Shown one piece after another: positions 9,407 through 18,907 of a stretch of DNA of 64,000 nt. Made by a program: the position numbers and the translations under genes. How positions within the stretch are numbered: position 1 is the stretch's first letter; every line of letters starts with the position of its first letter. The stretch is from NCBI GenBank assembly GCA_026706075.1, contig JAPOZM010000040.1, positions 72,723 through 136,722 of the forward strand, in the 5' to 3' direction. The notes beneath the pieces were generated by a model. The model was not told the origin of the DNA, searched no databases, and saw only the letters and a program-made list of their open reading frames with translations. Origin of the DNA: Gemmatimonadaceae bacterium. GTDB lineage: Bacteria; Latescibacterota; UBA2968; UBA8231.

Positions 9407-10795
9407 TCAGGTCACGTCGTAGCGCAGGAAGAACAGGTAGGAGAGCAGGAAGAAGAGGACGTTGAAGACCGCCAGCAGCAGCACGTCGAAGAGCACGGCG
9501 TCGACCACGGCGTCCAGACGCGCCTGCTCGATCCGCAGCGCCGGCCAGTGATCGACCTGCAGCCAGCCGTCGTCGGGCATCTCCTCGTCGTTGTCGTGGT
9601 ACTCCTCGTCCCACTCCCACCAGTGATCGGAGAACTCCTCGCCGTAGCGCCGGACGGCGGTGTTGAAGGCGGTGAAGAGGTCGGCGCCCGTGCCGGCCAG
9701 GTCGCTGGCGGCGAGGACGAAGCTGGCCGACGGCGAGGCGCGGGCCAGGTTGCGGCTCAGCTCGACCTGGCCGCGCAGCCGGTCCCGGTAGTACTGGTCG
9801 ATCCGGTCCTTGCGCGCCTGTCCCTGCTTCTCGATCTCGTCGGTCATCTCCTCGGCCTCGCGGCCGTAGCCGAGCATGTTGCGGGCGACCCGCTGCACGC
9901 CGATCTGGGTCTCGCGGTCCACGGCGGCCTTCTCGGCCTCGATCTTCTGCAGCGTCGGCACCGGCACCGCCAGGCGGGCCGCCACCGGGGCCAGGTTGGG
10001 GATGACGAGGATCCAGCAGATCCACACGAAGAGGGAGACGAGGAGGGCCGTCGACGCCTTGTGGGTGAGGGTGGAGATGAGCATGCCCAGGGCGAAGAAC
10101 ACGGAGACGTAGAGCAGGGAGACGCCGGCGATCCACAGGAAGCGCGACAGGAAGTCGGCGTCGACGTGCACGCTGCCGGTGAGGACCACGTAGGTGAAGG
10201 CGGCGAAGAGGGCCGCCGCCAGGGGCACGGCGAGGGAGAGGTAGCCGCCGATCCACTTGGCCAGCAGCACCAAGTCCCGGGGCACGCGGTTGGCCAGCAG
10301 GAGCTTCAGGGTGCCCCGCTCCTTCTCGCCGCAGACGGCGTCGAAGACGAAGAGCAGGGCCAGCAGGGAGATGACGATGTTGGCGATGTAGGCGTAGTCG
10401 GGCGAGGCGAAGAGCCGGAAGAGGGGGTTCCGGTAGCGGTCGTCGTCGACGGGGCGCACGTGCCACAGGCTGACGTTGACCTGCGTCGGCAGGCGGTCCT
10501 CCAGCCCCTTGACGAAGACGCTCATCGGCCGCGGCGCGCGGTCCCCGTAGAAGCCGCTGCCCCCGAAGAGGATGTCGTGGAGGGCCTCGTCGGGCTCCTC
10601 GGCCTCCTGCACCGACCGGACCTGCTCGTGGTGCCGGGCGGCGGCGACCTCGTGCAGGCGCAGGGACCGCTCGTAGCCGCGGGTCATGGTGAAGACGCTC
10701 ACCAGGGTGAGCACGAAGAACAGGACGAAGGTCACGGCGAAGCGCAGGCTGAGGACGCCGAGGACGATCTCCTTGCGGATCAGGGACAGCAGCAT
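9407..10795 (-). CDS. ABC-2 type transporter permease subunit (paralog)
   Basis: LIRKEI, FDAVCGEKERGTLKLLLAN.VPRDLVLLAKW and FLRYDVT motifs. Confidence 0.85.
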   Translation of the reverse strand: MLLSLIRKEIVLGVLSLRFAVTFVLFFVLTLVSVFTMTRGYERSLRLHEVAAARHHEQVRSVQEAEEPDEALHDILFGGSGFYGDRAPRPMSVFVKGLEDRLPTQVNVSLWHVRPVDDDRYRNPLFRLFASPDYAYIANIVISLLALLFVFDAVCGEKERGTLKLLLANRVPRDLVLLAKWIGGYLSLAVPLAAALFAAFTYVVLTGSVHVDADFLSRFLWIAGVSLLYVSVFFALGMLISTLTHKASTALLVSLFVWICWILVIPNLAPVAARLAVPVPTLQKIEAEKAAVDRETQIGVQRVARNMLGYGREAEEMTDEIEKQGQARKDRIDQYYRDRLRGQVELSRNLARASPSASFVLAASDLAGTGADLFTAFNTAVRRYGEEFSDHWWEWDEEYHDNDEEMPDDGWLQVDHWPALRIEQARLDAVVDAVLFDVLLLAVFNVLFFLLSYLFFLRYDVT

Positions 10796-10833
10796 GAGAA
10801 TGGAGAGGGGGGCCGGTGCACGGGCCGCCCGAA

Positions 10834-11001
10834 TCAGCTCCAGTCCTCTGCGCCCGGTCCGGGACCCCGGCCCGGGTCGGCGGGGTCATCCAGGTCGACG
10901 GCCGAGGACGGAAGGGGGGACGGCACCTCGAAGGCGGGATCGGGGGCGAAGGCGTCCCAGAACCCGGGGGGCCACCGGGTTGGCTCGAGTTCGGTGATCA
11001 T
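10834..11001 (-). CDS. Small 55-aa ORF, possible antitoxin-like remnant
   Basis: ATG at 11001 follows GGAGA. MITELEPTRWPPGFWDAFAPDPAFEVPSPLPSSAVDLDD... Too short for the ORF track. Confidence 0.3.
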   Translation of the reverse strand: MITELEPTRWPPGFWDAFAPDPAFEVPSPLPSSAVDLDDPADPGRGPGPGAEDWS

Positions 11002-11019
11002 GGTGACAGGGATCTCCAG

Positions 11020-12423
11020 TTGAGGGACACGAGTATAAGCACCCGACCGCTACATCTCCCATACCTGGGCGGCCTTTCCGGGCTTCTCCTGCTCGCCGCC
11101 ATGGCCGGCTGCGGGGACTCCGGCCCCACGGGCCCCGGCTCCCGCCCCGCCGGGATGGAGCTGCTCTCGGGCGGCGCTCAGCGGGCGGTGCCGGGCCTTC
11201 CCGTGGCCGAGCCCGTCGTCGTCCGGGTGGTGGACAGCCAGGGGCGGCCGGTCGCCGGCGTGACCGTCGCCTTCACCCCGGCCGCGGGCCACGGTCAGGC
11301 GGATCCGGCCTCCGCCGCCACCAATGCCGACGGGAGGGCCGCCTCCACCTGGACCCTCGGCGCCGGCATCGGCGTGCAGAGCCTCCAGGTCTCGGCGGCG
11401 GACACCGTCCTCTCGGTGGCTGCCGAGGCCGTCGATCTCGACCGCGAGCTGGACGCCCTGTTCGCGCCGGCTTCCGCCGCGGAGGTGGAGGCGGTGCGCT
11501 CCGACTGGGCCGGCCGCGACGTCTCGGCCAGCGCCGTGGCGGTGGAACACGAGGAGCCGTTCTCCCTGGCCGGCAGGGCCACCCTGCGGATCCTCTCCCA
11601 CCGGGTGGCGGGGGTCCTGCACTACGGCGCCGTCCTCGTGCCCGACGGGGCGGCCGCGGAGAGCCTTCCGCTGCTCCTCTACCTGCACGGCGGGGACCGC
11701 GGCGTGTCGGTGGACGAGATCCAGATCGTCGCCTTCGCCCTCGGCCCGCTGGTGGACCGCTTCGTCTACGTGATCCCCTCCTTCCGGGCCGAGCCCGTGC
11801 GCCACGGCGGCGAGAGCTGGGTCTCCGAAGGCCCGGCGAGCCCCTGGGACCACGACGTGGACGACACCCTGGCGCTGGTCAACGCGGTCTTCGAGTCGAC
11901 GCCGGAGGCCCGCCCCGGGGGGATGGCCGTCGTCGGTGCCAGCCGGGGGGCGGGGGTGGCGCTGCTGGCGGGGATCCGCGACGAGCGCATCGAGCGCATC
12001 ATCGCCCTCTTCGGGCCCACGGACTTCTTCGACGACTGGGTCCGCCAGATCGTCCGCGAGGCGGCCCTGGGGCAGTCCCGCGACCTGCCGGGGGTGGCCC
12101 ACCTCGATTCCACCGTCATCGCGCCCTACATCCGCGGGGAGATCCCCCTGCCGGAGGCGCGTCTGGAGATCGTCCGCCGCTCGGCCGTGCTCTTCGCCGA
12201 GGACCTGCCGCCGGTGCAGCTCCATCACGGCACCGCCGACGGCGTCGTCTCCGTGAGCCAGGCCGAGTCCCTGAGGGGGACGATGGACACCCTGGGGCGG
12301 ACGCCGCCCGGCTTCGAGGCTTTCATCTACCCCGGGGGCGGGCACTCCTATTTCTCCCTCGACGGGCTCATCCCGCGGTCGGCGGAGTTCCTCCGGGACT
12401 GGTTCGCGTCCCTGGGCCGATGA
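11020..12423 (+). CDS. Lipoprotein with Ig-like (Big) domain and alpha/beta-hydrolase (S9-like) domain; start uncertain
   Basis: Lipobox LAAMAGC; Ig-like VRVVDSQGRPVAGVTVAF...TNADGRA..WTLG; hydrolase motifs YLHGG, GASRGA (nucleophile), HHGTADGVV and GGGH. Confidence 0.8.
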   Translation: MRDTSISTRPLHLPYLGGLSGLLLLAAMAGCGDSGPTGPGSRPAGMELLSGGAQRAVPGLPVAEPVVVRVVDSQGRPVAGVTVAFTPAAGHGQADPASAATNADGRAASTWTLGAGIGVQSLQVSAADTVLSVAAEAVDLDRELDALFAPASAAEVEAVRSDWAGRDVSASAVAVEHEEPFSLAGRATLRILSHRVAGVLHYGAVLVPDGAAAESLPLLLYLHGGDRGVSVDEIQIVAFALGPLVDRFVYVIPSFRAEPVRHGGESWVSEGPASPWDHDVDDTLALVNAVFESTPEARPGGMAVVGASRGAGVALLAGIRDERIERIIALFGPTDFFDDWVRQIVREAALGQSRDLPGVAHLDSTVIAPYIRGEIPLPEARLEIVRRSAVLFAEDLPPVQLHHGTADGVVSVSQAESLRGTMDTLGRTPPGFEAFIYPGGGHSYFSLDGLIPRSAEFLRDWFASLGR

Positions 12424-12503
12424 TCGGGCGGAGGGCGCACCGGGTAGCCGGAGCCGGGCCCTCATTCCTTAGTATTGAAGCAACCAGAAAAGGAGGGACG
12501 ACG

Positions 12504-15107
12504 ATGAAACGGGCACTCGCGGTGGCATTGATGGCGGCACTTGCGCCGCTATCCGCGGCGGATCCGGTGGAACGTCCGAGCCAGAACATCGCCTTGGGGG
12601 CCAGCTACACCCTGGAGCCGGGGCCGAACTACGGCCTCTGCACCGAACCCGGCGACTACGAGCAGCTGACGGACGGGGTGTACACGGACGGCTACTTCTG
12701 GGCCCAGTTGTCGACGGTGGGGTGGCAGGAGAAGACGCCTTCCGTCTTCACGCTGGACCTGGGTGAGGTCAGGCCGATACGGGGGGTCTCCTTCAACACC
12801 GCGGCGGGGTTCGCGGACGTGAGATGGCCCCTGACGATACGCGTCCTCGTGGCGGGCGAGGACGAGCAGTTCCACGAGATCGGGGACCTGGTGGAGATGA
12901 GCGCGCAACAACACGGCCCGCTCGTACCCAAGGGGGCCGTCGAAGACTTGCCGGTGAGCTTCAACGAGGCCGAGATACATCATCACTACGACGCCAACCG
13001 GGACCGCTACCCGGAGAAGATGACCCCCCAGGTGCGCGAGCAGATCCTCCGCGATCTCCATGAAGCCCTCGCCAGCCAGTACGGGACGTACCGGTACTGG
13101 ACGGACCGGCTGCGGGCGCACGGACGGTATGTGAGCCTGGTGGTGTGGAACGAGCCCTACACCTTCGTCGACGAGATCGAGGTCTACGCGGGCGAGCCGG
13201 AGTGGGTGAACGAGCCCTTGCCGGGTCCCGCCATTTCGGACGTGAAGGAGTACGCGGGCCGGCTCGCCATCCAGAAGGGGATCCGGACGCGCCTGATGCG
13301 CGACATCGAGTCCCTGAGGGCGGCGGCGGAAGAGGAGGGTGTCCCGCCGCAGACGCGGAGTGACGTGCTGGCCGAGCTGGCGGCGGTGGAAGGGGAGTTG
13401 GGGCCGGCCACGGAGTTCGGGGACGACTTCCAGGCCGTGCTGCCCCTGAATCCCTGGCATGCGAGGGCGCTTCGCACGCAGGCGTGGCTGTGGCGCGCCA
13501 GGGGCCTGGAGCCGCTCGTGTTCTGGCGCCCGAACCTGTGGGATCCGGTGCCCCTCATCGGCATGCCGGACACGTCGGCGGAGCTGGCCGTCGAGGTGCA
13601 CCTGATGCGCAAGGAGCACCGGGCGGCGGCGTTCAACGTGAGCAACAGCAGTGACGAGCCGACGGAGGTGGCCTTCCGTCTGAGCGGGCTTCCCGGTGGC
13701 GGCAATCCGGGGTACGTGACCGTTCACGAGGTGGTCTGGACCGACACCCGGCGAGGGGACCCGGTGGCGGCCGCCCTGCCCGAGGTCGCCGCCGACGAGG
13801 ACGGTCTGTACACGGTCTCCGTGCCCTCGGGCATGACCCGCCAGGTGTGGTTCACCTTCCATCCGGTCGACGTGGAGCCGGGCACGCACGAGGGCGAGAT
13901 CGTCGTCGAGTCCGTGCCCGGCGGCCAGCGGTTCCCGCTGCGCATGCACCTCTATCCCCTGGACTTCCCGGAGCAGCAGTCGCTGCACATGGGCGGATGG
14001 GACTACACGGACCGCATCGGCCACTTCCCTTTCATAACAAGCCAGAACCGGGCGGCGATCATCGAGCACCTGCGGGAGCGCCGCGTCGACTCGCCCTGGG
14101 CCCTCAAGCTGGCCCTGCCGCGGGGCACTCACGATGCCCGGGGGGAGATGACGGCGCCGCCCTCCACCGACTACTTCGATGCCTGGATCGACCTGTGGCC
14201 GGACGCGCCCCAGTACCTCGTCTTCGCGAAGGTGGGAAGGCACTTCGAGTCGTTGCCCATGGGCACGCCGGAGTTCAACACGGCGGTGAAGGCCTGGGTC
14301 ACGTTCTGGGCGGAGCACATGAAGGCGAGTGGACTGCGGCCGGAACAGTTCGGGCTGCTCCTGGTGGACGAGCCGGACGAGCCCTGGCAGGACGAGCGCA
14401 TCCTGGCGTGGGCCCGGCCGATCCGCGAGGCCGACACGGGAGTCCGCATCTGGGAGGATACCACGCACCGGGAGATGGAACGGGCGAACCAGGAGATGAT
14501 CGATGCGTGCCACGTCCTGTCCCCGAACTACGTCAGCTTCCTGACGCGGGGCCAGGAGTACCGCGACTACTACCTGAAGAAGCGGGACCAGGGGATCGGG
14601 CTGGAGTTCTACGCGGCGTGGACGAGCCGGATCTGGGACCCGTACGCGTGCCGGCTCACGGCGTGGACGAGCTGGCGCTTCGGGGCGTCGGGGTTCTACA
14701 TGTGGTCCCTCACCGACACGGGCGGAGCGTCATCGTGGAACGAGTATCTCACCATCAAGGACGCGTACTCGCCGATCTTCATCGACGAGGACTCGGTGAC
14801 GGCCGGGAAACACCTCGAGGCGATGCGGGAAGGGGTGCAGGACTACGAGTACTTCGCCATGCTGGACCGGGCCGTCCGACAGGCGTCCGCCCGGGGGAGG
14901 GCAGGCCCCGGGATCGAGGAGGCCCGGCTGCTGCTGGAGAGCCTGCCGGCGAGTGTCTGCGATGCCGCCGGCCACGGCGGGGCGGAGATCGCCTCCGACC
15001 AGCCCCTGGGCGGCTTCCACTGGTTCAACGAGACAGTCGACCGCACCCTGGCCGACAAGGCGCGGGTCCAGGTGTTGGCGGCGCTGACGGAGCTGGCCGG
15101 GGAGTAG
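12504..15107 (+). CDS. Large secreted putative glycoside hydrolase (discoidin-like N-terminus, DUF4091-like C-terminus)
   Basis: AGGAGG RBS before ATG 12504; signal peptide; LTDG...TLDLG discoidin-like domain; LVDEP; C-terminal LEAMREGVQDYEY. Confidence 0.7.
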   Translation: MKRALAVALMAALAPLSAADPVERPSQNIALGASYTLEPGPNYGLCTEPGDYEQLTDGVYTDGYFWAQLSTVGWQEKTPSVFTLDLGEVRPIRGVSFNTAAGFADVRWPLTIRVLVAGEDEQFHEIGDLVEMSAQQHGPLVPKGAVEDLPVSFNEAEIHHHYDANRDRYPEKMTPQVREQILRDLHEALASQYGTYRYWTDRLRAHGRYVSLVVWNEPYTFVDEIEVYAGEPEWVNEPLPGPAISDVKEYAGRLAIQKGIRTRLMRDIESLRAAAEEEGVPPQTRSDVLAELAAVEGELGPATEFGDDFQAVLPLNPWHARALRTQAWLWRARGLEPLVFWRPNLWDPVPLIGMPDTSAELAVEVHLMRKEHRAAAFNVSNSSDEPTEVAFRLSGLPGGGNPGYVTVHEVVWTDTRRGDPVAAALPEVAADEDGLYTVSVPSGMTRQVWFTFHPVDVEPGTHEGEIVVESVPGGQRFPLRMHLYPLDFPEQQSLHMGGWDYTDRIGHFPFITSQNRAAIIEHLRERRVDSPWALKLALPRGTHDARGEMTAPPSTDYFDAWIDLWPDAPQYLVFAKVGRHFESLPMGTPEFNTAVKAWVTFWAEHMKASGLRPEQFGLLLVDEPDEPWQDERILAWARPIREADTGVRIWEDTTHREMERANQEMIDACHVLSPNYVSFLTRGQEYRDYYLKKRDQGIGLEFYAAWTSRIWDPYACRLTAWTSWRFGASGFYMWSLTDTGGASSWNEYLTIKDAYSPIFIDEDSVTAGKHLEAMREGVQDYEYFAMLDRAVRQASARGRAGPGIEEARLLLESLPASVCDAAGHGGAEIASDQPLGGFHWFNETVDRTLADKARVQVLAALTELAGE

Positions 15108-15145
15108 AGGCGGCGAGTGATCGCGTACCTGGCCTTGAAGTCCTG

Positions 15146-15850
15146 ATGAAGGTGGTGATCCTGGCGGGCGGTCTGGGCACCCGGCTCCGGGAGGAGACCG
15201 CGGTGAGACCGAAGCCGATGGTCGAGATCGGCGGCCTGCCGATCCTCTGCCACATCATGAAGATCTACCAGGCCCACGGCTTCCGGGAGTTCGTCCTCGC
15301 CCTCGGCTACAAGGGGGAAGTCATCCAGGACTTCTTCGGCAGAGAGCGGGGGGAGGAGTGGACCGTCCACCCCGTCGACACGGGTCAGGATGTCGAGTCC
15401 GGAGGACGGATCCGGCGGCTCGCCGACTGGATCGGCGAGGAGACGTTCATGCTGACCTATGGCGACGGCGTCGCCGACGTCGACATTCCCCGGCTCGCCG
15501 CCTTCCACGCATCTCACGACAGTCTCGCCACGGTGACGGCCGTCCACCCGCCGTCGCGTTTCGGACGCCTGGAGCTCGACGGCGATCTCGTGCGGGACTT
15601 CCGCGAGAAGTCGCAGCTCGATGCCGGGTGGATCAACGGCGGGTTCTTCGTGCTCGATCCCGGCGTCCTCGACTACATCTCCGGCGACGAGACCATCTTC
15701 GAGCGCGAGCCGATGACCCGCCTCGCGCAGGACGGGCAGCTCCGGGCCTACCGGCACGAGGGCTTCTGGCAGTGCATGGACACCCTGCGGGACGTGGTGA
15801 GCCTGGAGGAGCAGTGGGCCGCCGGGAACGCCCCCTGGAAGATCTGGTGA
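15146..15850 (+). CDS. rfbF: Glucose-1-phosphate cytidylyltransferase
   Basis: MKVVILAGGLGTRLREET..RPKPMVEIGG, TYGDGVAD, WINGGFF, FWQCMDTLRD and APWKIW. Confidence 0.92.
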   Translation: MKVVILAGGLGTRLREETAVRPKPMVEIGGLPILCHIMKIYQAHGFREFVLALGYKGEVIQDFFGRERGEEWTVHPVDTGQDVESGGRIRRLADWIGEETFMLTYGDGVADVDIPRLAAFHASHDSLATVTAVHPPSRFGRLELDGDLVRDFREKSQLDAGWINGGFFVLDPGVLDYISGDETIFEREPMTRLAQDGQLRAYRHEGFWQCMDTLRDVVSLEEQWAAGNAPWKIW

Positions 15851-16839
15851 CTCTCTGGCCGGGCCGCCGCGTACTCGTCACCGGGGCCACGGGCTTCATA
15901 GGCTGTTGGCTCGTCGAACGGCTGCTGAGGCTGGGAGCCGAGGTCACGGCCCTGGACGTGGAGGCCGCTCCCCGGCCGCCGCTGCACGAGTCCGGCCTCT
16001 CCGATCGACTCCGGGTCGTGCGCGGCTCCGTGGAGGATCCCGGCGCCCTGGCCAGGACGATGACCGACCATGGAGCGCAGACGGTCTTCCACCTCGCCGC
16101 CCAGGCGATCGTCCCCACGGCCCGGGCCAATCCCGTCGCCACCTTCGAGACGAACATCCGGGGGACGTGGACTCTCCTGGATACGTGCCGCCAGCGCGGT
16201 GACATCGTCAGCGAGGTCGTGGTCGCCTCGAGCGACAAGGCCTACGGGCCCAGCGACAGGCTGCCGTACACCGAGGAGATGCCGCTGGCCGGCCGGCAGC
16301 CGTACGAGGTCTCCAAGGCGTGCGCCGACCTGCTCGCGCAGTCCTATCACCATGCCTTCGGACTGCGGGTCGCCGTGGCCCGCTGCGGCAACGTGTACGG
16401 CGGCGGCGATCTCAACTGGAGCCGGCTGATTCCGGGCACGATCGCGGCCCTCGAACGCGGTGAGCGGCCGGTCGTCCGCAGCGACGGCAGCCACGTACGG
16501 GACTACATCTACGTCGAGGACGTGGTCGGCGCCTACATCCGACTCGCCGAGGCGCTCCGCGACGGCTCCACCGGCGGAGAGGCTTTCAACTTCAGCACCG
16601 AGTCGCAGGCCACCGTGCTCGATGTCGTCGACAAGCTGCGCTCCCTCATGGGCTGCGAGCACCTCGAGCCGGACGTCCGCGCAACCGCCGAGGGCGAGAT
16701 CCCCACCCAGCATCTCTCCGCCGAGAAGGCGCGATCCGTGCTTGGATGGAGTCCCCGGTACGACCTGGACTCGGGGCTGCCGCCGACGATCGAGTGGTAC
16801 CGGGCCCGCCTCCGGCGAGACTCCGTGAGATCCGCATGA
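15847..16839 (+). CDS. rfbG: CDP-glucose 4,6-dehydratase-like NAD-dependent epimerase/dehydratase
   Basis: [37 protein letters not shown] and [18 protein letters not shown]. Confidence 0.85.
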   Translation: MTLWPGRRVLVTGATGFIGCWLVERLLRLGAEVTALDVEAAPRPPLHESGLSDRLRVVRGSVEDPGALARTMTDHGAQTVFHLAAQAIVPTARANPVATFETNIRGTWTLLDTCRQRGDIVSEVVVASSDKAYGPSDRLPYTEEMPLAGRQPYEVSKACADLLAQSYHHAFGLRVAVARCGNVYGGGDLNWSRLIPGTIAALERGERPVVRSDGSHVRDYIYVEDVVGAYIRLAEALRDGSTGGEAFNFSTESQATVLDVVDKLRSLMGCEHLEPDVRATAEGEIPTQHLSAEKARSVLGWSPRYDLDSGLPPTIEWYRARLRRDSVRSA

Positions 16840-18152
16840 CCCGCGATCCCGACGAGCTTCGCCGGCAGATCCTGGACCTCGTGCGCGAGTACCACGGGTC
16901 CGCCTTTCCGTCGCGGCCCTTCGCGCCCGACTCGGGGTCGGTCCCGGTCTCCGGGCGCGTCTTCGACGCCGAGGAGCTGGTCAGTCTCACCGACGCGGCC
17001 CTCGACTTCTGGCTCACCTCGGGCCGTTACGCGGAGCAGTTCGAGCGGGAGTTCTCCCGCTTCTGGGGGCTGCGGCACGCCAGCCTCTGCAACTCGGGGT
17101 CCTCGGCCAACCTGCTCGCTCTCTCCTCCCTCACCTCCCCGAAGCTCGGCGACCGGCGGCTCCGGACCGGCGACGAGGTGCTGACCGTCGCCGCGGGCTT
17201 CCCGACGACGGTGAACCCCATCTTCCAGACAGGTCTCGTGCCCGTCTTCGTCGACATCGACCTCGGGACCTACAACGTGTCCGTGGAGCGGCTGGCCGAG
17301 GCCGTCGGCCCGAAGACCCGCGCCATCTTCCTCGCCCATACCCTCGGCAACCCCTTCGATCTCGACGCGGTCTGCGAGCTGGCCGCCCGGCACGACCTCG
17401 TCCTCATCGAGGACTGCTGCGACGCCGTGGGCTCCCGCTTCGGCGGCCGGCACGTGGGCACCTTCGGCAAGCTCGCAACCGTGAGCTTCTACCCCGCCCA
17501 CCATCTGACCATGGGGGAGGGCGGCTGCGTGCTCACCGCCTCCTCCGAGCTGAACCGGCTCGTCGAGTCATACCGCGACTGGGGCCGCGACTGCTGGTGC
17601 GACCCCGGCATGCAGAACACCTGCGGCCGCCGCTTCGACTGGCAGCTCGGCGACCTGCCGGCCGGCTACGATCACAAGTACATCTACTCCCACGTGGGCT
17701 ACAACCTCAAGCTCACGGACATGCAGGCCGCCGTGGGCGTGGCCCAGCTGCGGAAGCTGCCGGAGTTCATCGAGAGACGGAGGCAGACCTTCCAGCGGCT
17801 CCATCGAGAGCTGCAGTCCCTGGAGGAGATCTTCATCCTGCCGTCGTGGCTGGAGAAGGCGGAGCCGAGCTGGTTCGGCTTTCCTCTCACCCTTCGCGAG
17901 TCGGCGCCTTTCGACAGGAAGCCCATCATCGACCACCTGACGGAAAGGGGCATCGGTACCAGGGCTCTCTTCGGCGGCAACCTGACCCGTCAGCCGGCCT
18001 ACATGGGGCTGCAGTACCGCGTCGCCGGCGACCTGGCCAACTCCGACGCGGCCATGGAGCGGTCCTTCTGGGTGGGGGTCTATCCCGGGATCGACGAGGC
18101 GATGGCCGCCCACATGGTCGAGAGTCTGAAGCACTTCTGCTCGCGTTACTGA
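16836..18152 (+). CDS. rfbH: CDP-4-keto-6-deoxy-D-glucose 3-dehydratase (LPS biosynthesis protein RfbH)
   Basis: [49 protein letters not shown] and [15 protein letters not shown]. Confidence 0.93.
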   Translation: MTRDPDELRRQILDLVREYHGSAFPSRPFAPDSGSVPVSGRVFDAEELVSLTDAALDFWLTSGRYAEQFEREFSRFWGLRHASLCNSGSSANLLALSSLTSPKLGDRRLRTGDEVLTVAAGFPTTVNPIFQTGLVPVFVDIDLGTYNVSVERLAEAVGPKTRAIFLAHTLGNPFDLDAVCELAARHDLVLIEDCCDAVGSRFGGRHVGTFGKLATVSFYPAHHLTMGEGGCVLTASSELNRLVESYRDWGRDCWCDPGMQNTCGRRFDWQLGDLPAGYDHKYIYSHVGYNLKLTDMQAAVGVAQLRKLPEFIERRRQTFQRLHRELQSLEEIFILPSWLEKAEPSWFGFPLTLRESAPFDRKPIIDHLTERGIGTRALFGGNLTRQPAYMGLQYRVAGDLANSDAAMERSFWVGVYPGIDEAMAAHMVESLKHFCSRY

Positions 18153-18195
18153 GATTGCTCCGAAGACCCGCCGCTATTCGTGGGCCTGGGCCCTC

Positions 18196-18900
18196 GTGGA
18201 GGCTCCCTTGCAGCCCGTAGAGCTGTCTGTCATCATGGCGGCCTGCAACGAGATCGAGACGATCGCCGCCGCCATCGACAGGGTGCTGGCCGTCGACGTC
18301 TCCAAAGAGTTGATCGTCGTGGACAACTGCTCCGAGGACGGTACCCGGGAGTTCCTCGAATCCTTCCAGGCAGACGGCGTTCAAGTCATCCTGCAGCAGG
18401 AGAATCGCGGCAAGGGGAACTCGATTCGCACCGCTCTGCCGAGATGCCGTGGAACCTGCACCGTCATTCAGGACGCGGACCTGGAGTACGATCCCGCCTG
18501 CTTCCCCGACCTGCTGGCGGCGATCGAGGCGAATGGCTGGGACGCGGTCTACGGGTCCAGGGTCCTGGGCGGACATCCAGCCATATACCAGCACTACTAC
18601 TGGGGCGTCCGCTTCCTCACCTGGCTCACCAACGCCGCCTTCGGCTGTCGGCTGACCGATGTGGCCACGGCCTGCAAGATGGTCCGCACCGAGGTATTCC
18701 AGGGTCTCGATCTGAGAGGGGACGGGTTCGACCTGGACTTCGAGCTCACCAACAAGCTGGCCAGGTACGGCTATCGGATCGGTGAGATCCCCATCGCCTA
18801 CAACCCGCGGTCCTTCGAGGAGGGGAAGAAGATCCGGGCCGGCGACGGCCTCCGGGCCATGGGGACCATCGTCCGGGACAGGCTGTCGAGTGGCCGATAG
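18196..18900 (+). CDS. Glycosyltransferase family 2 (DPM1/polyprenol-phosphate type)
   Basis: LSVIMA..NE, VVDNCSEDGT, NRGKG, IQDADLEYDP, YGSR and EGKKIR. Confidence 0.88.
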   Translation: MEAPLQPVELSVIMAACNEIETIAAAIDRVLAVDVSKELIVVDNCSEDGTREFLESFQADGVQVILQQENRGKGNSIRTALPRCRGTCTVIQDADLEYDPACFPDLLAAIEANGWDAVYGSRVLGGHPAIYQHYYWGVRFLTWLTNAAFGCRLTDVATACKMVRTEVFQGLDLRGDGFDLDFELTNKLARYGYRIGEIPIAYNPRSFEEGKKIRAGDGLRAMGTIVRDRLSSGR

Positions 18901-18907
18901 AGAGACC

